Shown here: positions 1-7,677 of the stretch, piece after piece | How the letters are laid out: every line of letters starts with the position of its first letter | Position numbering within the stretch: the stretch's first letter is position 1 | NCBI RefSeq assembly: GCF_006345805.1 | Contig: NW_021828421.1 | Span: 1 to 8,659, forward strand | Source of the DNA: Octopus sinensis | Lineage: Eukaryota | Reading direction: 5' to 3' | DNA length: 8,659 nt | The notes under the pieces: generated by a model | The model's input: the letters and a program-made list of their open reading frames with translations, nothing else | What the model was told of the DNA's origin: nothing | Databases searched by the model: none | Position numbers and translations under genes: made by a program

Positions 1-90
1 AAGTCCTGGGGTCAATTTACTCGACTAAAGGCGGTGCTCCAGCATGACCGCAGTCAAATGACTGAAACAAGTTAAAGAGTAAAGAGTAAC
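1..90 (+). mobile_element. 3' end of family-B SINE (cut by window edge)
   Basis: aagtcctggggtc...ggtgctccagcatgaccgcagtcaaatgactgaaacaag plus (aagagta)2 tail. Matches 6608-6673 (+) and the reverse complements at 5438-5500 and 6795-6850. Confidence 0.8.
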
Positions 91-188
91 TACTGGTCTA
101 ATCATTCGGCGTTTATGCTACTTCCGGCTAAATCTGAAGATTTCGAGGGACGAACACAGTCATTAAAATATATCTGTCCCCTCACCGT

Positions 189-260
189 ATATGACTGGTA
201 TTTGATTTTATTGACTTTCTTTCCACAGACATATTGAAAGGAAAGGTTGATCCAGACGGG
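189..260 (-). mobile_element. Highly degenerate family-A SINE body fragment
   Basis: actggtatttgattttattgac...tgaaaggaaaggttgatcc resembles actggtacttaatttatcgac...tgaaaggcaaagtcgacc of the 492-1335 copies. Confidence 0.4.
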
Positions 261-327
261 AACACACACACACACACACACGTTCACGTGTAGACAACCT
301 CAGTCAGCATAAAAACACACATATATG

Positions 328-371
328 CATGCGCGCGCATCGTACGCCCATGCGCGCGCATCGTACGCCCA
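328..371. repeat. Exact 21-bp tandem duplication
   Basis: catgcgcgcgcatcgtacgcc at 328-348 and 349-369; each unit holds the palindrome atgcgcgcgcat. Confidence 0.95.
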
Positions 372-491
372 GGCACACCCATATTTGGACATACACATTT
401 GTTTTAATCTTTTTTTCTCTCTCCCTTTCTCTCTCAGTCTCTGTCTCTCTCCGTCTCCCTCCGTCTGTCTGTGCCCCACCTCTCTCTATCT

Positions 492-648
492 TATTTCTTT
501 ATTGCCCACAAGGGGCTAAGCATAAAGGACAGACAAAGGGATTAAGTCGATTACATCGACCCCAGTGCGTAACTGGTACTTAATTTATCGACCCCGTAAG
601 GATGAGAGTCAAAGTTGGCCTCGGCGGAATTTGAACTCAGAACGTAAC
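492..648 (-). mobile_element. Family-A SINE, 5'-truncated (array unit 1)
   Basis: Aligns to units 649-879 and 1105-1335 from about nt 63 to the 3' end (...gggcaataaagaaata); small internal deletion in the tail. Confidence 0.9.
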
Positions 649-879
649 TATTTCTTTACTACCCACAAGGGGCTAAACACAGAGATGACAAACAAGGACA
701 GACAAACCGATTAAGTCGATTAGATCGACCCCAGTGTGTAACTGGTACTTAATTTATCGACCCCGAAAGGATGAAAGGCAAAGTCGACCTCGATGGAATT
801 TGAACTCAGAACGTAACGGCAGACGAAATACGGCCACACATTTCGCCCGGTGTGCTAACGTTTCTGCCAGCTCGCCGCC
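649..879 (-). mobile_element. Family-A tRNA-headed SINE, full length (array unit 2)
   Basis: 231 bp; minus strand starts ggcggcgagctggcagaaacgttagc; B-box-like gagttcaaattcc; 13 differences from 1105-1335 counted by eye (about 94% identity). Confidence 0.92.
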
Positions 880-890
880 TTTCTCAGCTC

Positions 891-921
891 GAACTCAGAA
901 CGTAACGGCAGACGAAATACC
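891..921 (-). mobile_element. 31-bp remnant of a further truncated family-A unit
   Basis: 891-920 is identical to 802-831. On the minus strand it starts at the same ggtatttcgtc point as unit 3. Confidence 0.85.
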
Positions 922-1104
922 TATTTCTTTACTGCCCACAAGGGGCTACACACAGAAGGGACAAACAAGGATAGATAAACGGATTAAGTTGATTATATCG
1001 ATCCCAGTGCGTAACTGGTACTTATTTAATGGACCCCGAAAGGATGAAAGGCAAAGTTGACCTCGGCGGTTTTTGAACTCAGAACGTAAGACAGACGAAA
1101 TACC
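922..1104 (-). mobile_element. Family-A SINE, 5'-truncated at about nt 48 (array unit 3)
   Basis: 183 bp; lacks the A-box region, keeps the B-box region and the full tail. Confidence 0.92.
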
Positions 1105-1335
1105 TATTTCTTTACTACCCACAAGGGGCTAAACACAGAAAGGACAAACAAGGACAGACAAAGAGATTAAGTCGATTACATCGACCCCAGTGCGTAACTG
1201 GTACTTAATTTATCGACCCCGAAAGGATGAAAGGCAAAGTCGACCTCGGTGGAATTTGAACTCAGAACGTGACGGTAGACGAAATATGGCTACGCATTTC
1301 GCCCGGCGTGCTAACGTTTCTGCCAGCTCGCCGCC
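1105..1335 (-). mobile_element. Family-A tRNA-headed SINE, full length (array unit 4)
   Basis: A-box-like gagctggcagaa (1329-1318) and B-box-like gagttcaaattcc (1263-1251); ends aaagaaata without poly(A). Confidence 0.92.
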
Positions 1336-1338
1336 TTT

Positions 1339-1450
1339 CTCTATCTATCTATCTACCTACCTGTCTATTTATATACCCAACATACATACATGCATACATG
1401 TACATATTTATACACACGCGCGCGCGCGCATAAATACGTGTATACACTAT
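1339..1450. repeat. Compound (TCTA)n/(CATA)n/(CA)/(CG) simple repeat
   Basis: Direct inspection. Confidence 0.8.
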
Positions 1451-1653
1451 CTTTTAGTGAAGAGGAAGGGTAATGTCCCTGACTCTTTGCAAGGTTTCCT
1501 TGAAAGGTGGGAGTGAGGAAAATATCCTCAAACCAAAAGCCTACCCTCTCCTCACTACTAGCAAAAGAATGGACTTCGCTAAAAATCCCTTGCTACCAGA
1601 TTGTGGTGCCAAACCGGATGTTTGGTTAAGACTATCACCCAAAGAGTCTATAC

Positions 1654-1730
1654 AGGGATTTGAACTCGGAATGCAAAAAGCCGAAACAAAATCAGCACAG
1701 CTTTCGATTCAACGCCCTGAAAGTTCCGAC
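1654..1730 (-). mobile_element. Degenerate tRNA-like SINE head related to family A
   Basis: gggatttgaactcggaatg resembles ggaatttgaactcagaacg; minus-strand B-box gagttcaaatccc. Confidence 0.5.
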
Positions 1731-1742
1731 AAATACTTTCGA

Positions 1743-1857
1743 TTGATACTTTCTTATCGACCCCGAAAGAATCATAGGCTAATTTGACCCTAGGATTATT
1801 TGAACTCAGAACGTAGAGCGTTGGAACAAATACATTGGATGGTTTAACGATTCTGCC
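1743..1857 (-). mobile_element. Degenerate family-A SINE with internal deletion
   Basis: ttatcgaccccgaaag...tttgaactcagaacgta...taacgattctgcc match the array units. Confidence 0.75.
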
Positions 1858-1866
1858 GATTCTCTT

Positions 1867-2069
1867 ACACACGCACACACACCACACACACACACATACA
1901 CACACACATGAGCATACATACATAATATATGCATACGTGCACTCAGCACACATATACACACATCCATACACGTGTAAGTATATGCCTGTTAGTGTATATT
2001 GATATACATCGATATGCACACTCATATATATGTGCGTGTGTGTATGTTTACATGTGCCTATATATACAT

Positions 2070-2135
<66 letters not shown>

Positions 2136-2462
2136 CACACATACATGCATACATACATACAAAAGCATACAAATACACACACTTGTGTTAGACACATTCG
2201 CACGTGCTGTCACACAAACTTCTATACGGTAATATATATGAACAAGTGTACAAGCACTAATGACTTAGTATGCATATATATATATATATATAGATACGTG
2301 TGTGTGTGTGTGTATTTGTATGTGCATGTGTATATATGTGTGTGCAAGAGATAGATAGAAAGACAGAAGGATAGAGAGTGAGTGTGAAAGAAAAAGAATG
2401 TGTTGTGTGTGTGTGTATGTATGCATTTGTTTGTGCTTGTGTGTGTGTGTGTGTGGGTGTGT
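1867..2462. repeat. Large compound microsatellite: CA-rich, (TA) about 30 units at 2072-2130, then TG-rich
   Basis: Direct inspection; source of the spurious IYIY/HTHT/CVCV ORFs. Confidence 0.95.
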
Positions 2463-2947
2463 GTTTTAAGGAACGTGAGTAAATTAAGAGAATGTCAGCA
2501 ATATTGTGTATTGAGCGATAATATAGACAAGAAGGCGATGTGGAGAGATGACTGTTAGTTAAATCATAATTGACTCGCTGCTGTTAGAAATGTGACGATT
2601 TGGTGACAACTACATTGAAAACCATAATCAGCCGCGGAAGCGATTACTGCAGATAACACAATTATTCCCAATCGCTATATTGTCGAACATAAGATGATTT
2701 GGCCATCTTTGGCGTTGAATTAACGCTATCACTAATCTAAGAACATTACAGACTTACTCTCGCAGGAGTTTTGCTAATGACAATGGCTTGAATAAGATAG
2801 ACGTGGTTTAATTTCAATTTAATCATAACTCTTGTCTGAGAACTGATAGAAACAACGAAAGATTTACTTAATCAGAACAGTGAAAGTGATATCTTAAACG
2901 CGGAAAATTTAACGAACACAATTATGGCTTAGACAAATTTGGGAATA

Positions 2948-3101
2948 AACACACACACACACACACATACACACACACACATACACACACACACACACAC
3001 GTACACACATAAGCACACACGTATACACATACTCACGCACACATGCACGGCTGCACACTCATACACACAATTAAAGACGAACACAGACAAACACACACAC
3101 A
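2948..3101. repeat. Interrupted (CA)n microsatellite
   Basis: Direct inspection. Confidence 0.95.
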
Positions 3102-3660
3102 GGCACTCGCCGTTTATGGCAAATTCACCTAGACGTCTTTCATTAAGAAAACTATCTTTTCGTTTCTCTTTTCCTCGCCTTCTCTGCGATTACACAAACT
3201 GCTAATTATTAAACTGAAGAGCCTCTCTTGCAAAGGAATTTACAAGGCCTCTTTGGCATTGCATTTTACATTGAAGGAAGATTAATTAAGAATTCGGACA
3301 TATTTTGTAGTTGAAGATATCAGTAAAGTAGACAAACTGTAGTTCTGAGATTTAAAACGATGTTCTTTAGGAAACGCATGACATGGGAAGGATATGTGTG
3401 TGCGTGTGTATGAATGTGGGTGTGACTAAGTATGTGAAGGTTATTGGGGGTGAATGAATGCAGATAAACAGTAAGAATGTGTTAGGAAAGAGACGAGGCT
3501 GGGAGGAAGGAAAGGTTAAAGACTAAAACCATTGTTGGAGAGAAAAGCAGAGGAAATACTCAACATCGAAGCGTATCGAATGGTTAATTTCATTAAATAA
3601 TTATTGTTGAAACTATATGGTTAAAACGAATTGGATCTTGAGTACAGAATATGCTTTTAC

Positions 3661-3818
3661 GGGCAGGCATGGATGCCGTGCGGTTAACGATCTCGCTTTG
3701 CAGCCAGGTGGCTCTAGGTTCGAATCAACTGAGCCGATCTTTGGTCTTCCACGAAAATCTCGGTCGACCAATATCTTGTGATGTAATTTGGTTGACAAAA
3801 ACTGTACGGAAGCCTGTT
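3661..3818 (+). mobile_element. Family-B SINE head only (degenerate), running into microsatellites
   Basis: aggcatggatg..gtgcggtt..atctcgctttgc aligns with 5924-5957; B-box ggttcgaatc at 3717-3726; ggtcgaccaat.tcttgt shared with 6025-6043. Confidence 0.75.
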
Positions 3819-3820
3819 TC

Positions 3821-3833
3821 ATCTATCAATCTA

Positions 3834-3872
<39 letters not shown>

Positions 3873-3874
3873 GA

Positions 3875-3955
<81 letters not shown>

Positions 3956-3970
3956 ATATACATATATATA
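3821..3970. repeat. Compound (TCTA)/(TCTG)n/(TC)n/(TA)n microsatellite
   Basis: Direct inspection. Confidence 0.95.
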
Positions 3971-4154
3971 ACAAAACCTCTCTAAAGTAAAAACTCCTGA
4001 ATAAATTCAACACTAGGAGGATTACGGGCAACTTAGAACGACAAGAGAATACGATATAATAAAAATATTCTCAGACAACAAACGGATTAAATATACTTCC
4101 ATCATCAGCTGCCTACCAGATATCATTATAGTTTCGACAACTGGGCAGTAATAA

Positions 4155-4224
4155 ACACACACACGCACATTTCTACGCCATCTCACACGCACAAACACCA
4201 CACACACACACAGACACACACACA

Positions 4225-4271
<47 letters not shown>
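4155..4271. repeat. (CA)n microsatellite with CAGA interruptions
   Basis: Direct inspection. Confidence 0.95.
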
Positions 4272-4273
<2 letters not shown>

Positions 4274-4627
4274 ATATCGATATGGATAAAAGTACATATC
4301 TCTGTGTGTACGTATTTATGTGAGTGAACGTGCGTGCGCGTTTGTGTGGCTGCCTTTTACTGATGTATGTCGGTGAAAGGTGCAAACATCGGAAAGAAAA
4401 CCTAGAAAGAAGTGGCTCTTTCTAGAACAAAACCCTTCGGGATAATTGTTTCACGTTGAGTCACACAAACACTCACTTGTTACGTACGTCGTCAGAAATC
4501 TCTTGAGGCGGTGATTGGTCAAAGAGAAGATTTTCGGTTTTAGTCCAGTGACTGAAATCTATTGCCAGAAATCTCTCACGAAGTTACTGCGGGGCTAAGA
4601 ACACTATATACCGAGATATTTATGGAT

Positions 4628-4804
4628 CTGGTGAAATGCTTAGCGGTATTTCGTCTGTCTCTACGTTCTGAGTACGAATTCCGCCGAGCTCGACTTTTCC
4701 TTTCATCCTTTTGGGGTCGATAAATTAAGTACCAGTTGCATACAAGGGTCGATCTAATCCACTGCAAAAATTCGGGCCTTGTGCCTAGAGTAGAAAAGAA
4801 TATT
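4628..4804 (+). mobile_element. Family-A SINE, slightly 5'-truncated, with alternative 3' tail
   Basis: Body to about 4759 is the reverse complement of the array units; then ...aaaattcgggccttgtgcctagagtagaaaagaat replaces the array tail. Confidence 0.88.
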
Positions 4805-4960
4805 GCATATATTCGATTACAAGAGAGAGATTTAGATAGAATGCGAATCACGTTTAATATTTAGAAATGGATTTCCATCGGCATCCACGAGTGGAACGGC
4901 CTACCAATTGATTTAACGTGTAAATGACTCAGTGTTCTGCAGACACGTGTGTCAGAATGA

Positions 4961-4978
4961 CAGAGAGAGAGAAAGAGA

Positions 4979-5048
<70 letters not shown>

Positions 5049-5072
5049 TATCTGTCTGTCTGTCTGTGTGTG
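4961..5072. repeat. Compound (GA)n/(GT)n/(TCTG)n microsatellite
   Basis: Direct inspection. Confidence 0.95.
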
Positions 5073-5213
5073 TTACGCTGTTACCGATTAAGGTTTCCAG
5101 CACTTTATCGTGAATTTATAATTCGTTAAATCTGTATTTCCTTTGTCAGATGTTTATCTTTGTATTTCGCGAATCAAATCTATCAGCTACGTTTCATCTT
5201 TTATCTTCAGTCT

Positions 5214-5437
5214 TACGAGGAGGTACCGAAAAGTTCCTGGCTTTGGTTAAAGGAAAACACAGAAGGATCAGCAGTTAATTATGATTTTATTCAACGTATC
5301 ACCCTTCTCAGATTCACACATTTACTTCAGCGGTCCTTCAGTTTTTCTAAGCCCTGTAAAAGAACTCGGAAGTCTGGGCCCCCAGGCAGGCCTTTCGCGA
5401 TACCCTCAAAGCCAGGAACTTTTCAGCACCCCGCGTA
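5214..5437. mobile_element. Non-autonomous mariner (Tc1/mariner) MITE with TA target-site duplication
   Basis: TA at 5214-15 and 5436-37. About 29-bp imperfect TIRs: cgaggaggtaccgaaaagttcctggcttt (5216-5244) and aaagccaggaacttttcagcaccccgcg (5408-5435), with the inner gaaaagttcctggcttt perfect. Internal transposase relic. Confidence 0.9.
5287..5385 (-). pseudogene. Frameshifted relic of a mariner transposase C-terminus
   Basis: Manual translation LGAQTSEFF / QGLEKLKDR*SKCVNLR / YVE* (two frameshifts, one stop). Resembles the mariner terminal motif F..GI.KL..RW.KC....G.YVE*. Confidence 0.75.
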
Positions 5438-5830
5438 CACTCGTTTCAGTCACTGGACTGCGGTCATGCTGGAGCACAGAGTTGAAAAGCTTTAGTCGGA
5501 GAAAACGAATCCACTACTTTTTAAAGTGTGGTACTTATTCTACCAGCGTCTGTTGCCGAACCGCTAAGTTACGGGGACGCAAACAAACCAACACCAATTG
5601 TCATGTGATGGAAACGGGAAGACACAAACATAATGGCATACACATGCATTTACACGCACATATATACGACGGGCTTCCGCACAGTTTTTGTCTAACAAAT
5701 CCACTCTCATGGCTTAAATCGTATCGGGCTTACAGCAGAAGACACCTGCTCAAGCTGCCAGAGTGTGGGACTGAAGTTGAAATCCTGCTATCGTGAAGCA
5801 AACTTCTTACCCCATGGCCATCCCTGTACC
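5438..5830 (-). mobile_element. Family-B SINE, near full length (tRNA-like head, CORE-like segment, internal CA repeat, 3' tail)
   Basis: Head aligns with 5924-6090 and 8057-8230; tail (gttacggggacg, gtttcagtca..gactgcggtcatgctggagcac) aligns with 1-90 and 6480-6670. Confidence 0.85.
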
Positions 5831-5923
5831 TATCGATATGTTTATTTTAATATGTTCAATTATAGATATGTTCAGTTCGACGAGTTTCCAAACAGTTTCG
5901 TTCTGCTCATTTTAATTTTCATT

Positions 5924-6673
5924 AGGTATGGCTGGGTGGTTTTGAATCTCGCTTTGCCACCATGTGGTTTTTGGGTCTTTCCTAAAGTGCGGCACCTGGG
6001 CAAGTGCCTTCTACTATAGACCCGGGTCGACCAATGTCTTGTCTTGCGAGTGAATATGGGAGACGGGAAACAGTACAAAAGCCGATCGTATGAAGATATA
6101 TACATCGATATATATGTGTGTGTATGTGTGTATGTATGTATATATATGTAATGTATGTATGTATGTATGTATGAATGTATGTATGTAAGTATATAAATAT
6201 ATATATGTATATATCACCGTGATCAACGTGACCGACCAGGCTATCAGATGATGTTACACATCGCTGGTCACAATGCGCTTCGCATTGTTTTAGCCTTCAA
6301 GTGACGCCACCACCCCTGGCTAAGCGAGCAGGCCAATATATGTATATATATATATATAGATATATATATATATATATATATATAGCATATAAACATGTGT
6401 GTGTTTATATATATATATGTATATATATATATACATCTATCTATATATATATATGCATATATACATGTATGTATATGTGTGTTTGTCCTCGTCTACGTGT
6501 TTGTCCCCCCGCCACCGTTTTACAACCGGTGTTGTTTTGTTTACCTTTCCGTAACGTAGCTGTTCGGCAATATGGAACCGATAGATTAAGTACCAAACTT
6601 ACAAAATAAGTACTGGGGTCGTGCCCCAGCATGGGCCACATTCCAATAACTGGAACAAGTGAAAGATAACAGA
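5924..6673 (+). mobile_element. Family-B SINE with expanded central microsatellite and nested insertion
   Basis: Head 5924-6090 with ggcacctgggcaagtg (similar to the MIR/CORE ccttgggcaagt motif); simple repeats 6095-6480; tail 6480-6673 missing about 20 bp at 6620/6621 relative to 14-33. Confidence 0.8.
6215..6335 (-). mobile_element. 121-bp insertion, probably the 3' end of a third SINE family
   Basis: GC-richer block flanked by identical 14-mers atatatgtatatat (6201-6214, 6336-6349); minus strand ends in a short repeat cacgttgat-cacggtgat. Family assignment is from recollection only. Confidence 0.65.
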
Positions 6674-6696
6674 TTCGATAGAACGGCGTGGATTGA

Positions 6697-6740
6697 CCAG
6701 TGGCTATAGCAAAAGATACTAAACTGTGCTGCATTGTGAT
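6697..6740 (-). mobile_element. Short degenerate family-B head fragment
   Basis: ttgaccagtggctatagcaaaagatact resembles gtcgacctgtggctatagtagaagg (8115-8139). Confidence 0.4.
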
Positions 6741-6794
6741 CTTAGCTATGATTGTTTAAAGGACCGCAAGGGGCTAAGGACCTATACCATAGCC

Positions 6795-6965
6795 TTGTTT
6801 TATCTTTCTTTTGCTCGTTTCAGTCACTGATGGGGCGTCGCCTTGAAGGGTTTTTAAGTCTCTGTTGTCGAAACGCTAAATTACAGGGACGTAATAAACC
6901 AACACCGGCTGTCAAGAGGCGGTGAAGGGACAAACACAAAGACACACACACACATACGCATGTAT
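6795..6965 (-). mobile_element. Family-B SINE 3' half with internal deletions
   Basis: ctcgtttcagtcact...cgctaaattacagggacgt..aaaccaacacc aligns with 5440-5600. Confidence 0.8.
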
Positions 6966-7203
6966 ATATATGTATATATATAATAGAAATACACATACAC
7001 GTATATACATACACAGTAAGACAATCGTGAATGGCACATACCTGGATTTGTTGGACTGTTTTTTTTTAATGTTTAATACGTGCATATAGTCACCTGATGA
7101 AAACTGCTATTTTTTTTCATATGGTGTAATAGCTCTATTCATCAATAAAAAACACGTCTGAAACAACTGAAGTAAATGAACTACTATCCACCTGTTGTTA
7201 TTT

Positions 7204-7206
<3 letters not shown>

Positions 7207-7255
<49 letters not shown>

Positions 7256-7262
7256 TATATAT
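7207..7262. repeat. (TA)n microsatellite
   Basis: Direct inspection. Confidence 0.95.
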
Positions 7263-7266
7263 GTGA

Positions 7267-7607
7267 GCTTTCGGTGCGAATGGTTTTGTTATATGGCGCC
7301 GGGTTTTACATGTAAATAATAATAATGGTATTTATATATATTTCTTTATTGCCCACAAGGGGCTAAACATAGAGGTGACATATAAGATTATAGCGATCAC
7401 CGTGCAATGATTAAGAAAAATAGTCTAATAATGGGGCATATAATCCCTGGACAGAAAAAGTAGCCTTTCCTAATGCCCCATTATTAGACTATTTTTAATA
7501 GTCATTGCACGATGATCGGTATAAGCTTTAGGCTTATATAAATACCATTATTATTTACGGGATTGTAAAACCCGACGCCGTGTAACAAAACCATTTGCAC
7601 CAAAAGC
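7267..7607. mobile_element. Fold-back / MITE-like long inverted repeat (about 130-bp arms, 33-bp spacer)
   Basis: Left arm 7267-7439 pairs with right arm 7473-7607; inner 24 bp perfect (7416-7439 with 7473-7496); outer 44 bp have 5 mismatches, all transitions. No clear TSD, so superfamily unassigned. Confidence 0.85.
7339..7380 (-). mobile_element. 42-bp 3' terminal fragment of family-A SINE inserted in the fold-back left arm
   Basis: tatttctttattgcccacaaggggctaaacatagaggtgaca matches the start of 492/649/922/1105; absent from the opposite arm; (a)tata duplicated at 7334-7338 and 7380-7384. Confidence 0.9.
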
Positions 7608-7677
7608 ATATAGAAAGTTTGTTTACAAATACAACTACGAACTAATAGTTCGTAAATTTGACAGATCAAAGGAGGCT

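Noticed and set aside
492-1335. CRISPR-like repeat array
   Set aside because: Units are 157-231 bp with no unique spacers and carry Pol III boxes; eukaryotic context.
734-1516. Two similar 108-aa ORFs (734-1060, 1190-1516) resembling paralogous genes
   Set aside because: They are antisense readings of duplicated SINE units, start at GTG, and run into simple repeats.
3274-3300. CUGAAGA followed by gcct...aggc pairing
   Set aside because: No GAAA box follows the putative stem II.
1648-4297. ORFs rich in HT/IY/CV/ER/QTDR repeats
   Set aside because: Translations of dinucleotide and tetranucleotide microsatellites.
4402-4931. 9-bp hairpin (4402-4425), TTCTAGAA, CCAAT-like site and two AP-1 sites (4457-4463, 4925-4931)
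   Set aside because: Short motifs at about chance frequency for 8.7 kb; the heat-shock element has only two units.
5180-5212. Minus-strand CUGAAGA...GAAACGUA hammerhead-like string
   Set aside because: The 8 nt between the boxes cannot form stem II and stem I does not pair; better explained as decayed SINE tail.
5130-5228. Acceptor-like tttcctttgtcag and ttttatcttcag with donor-like gag|gtacc
   Set aside because: The donor lies inside the MITE TIR and the implied exon has no recognisable coding signal.
5160-5796. 111-aa and 171-aa plus-strand ORFs
   Set aside because: They cross the MITE and SINE boundaries; the only protein-like signal is the mariner relic on the opposite strand.
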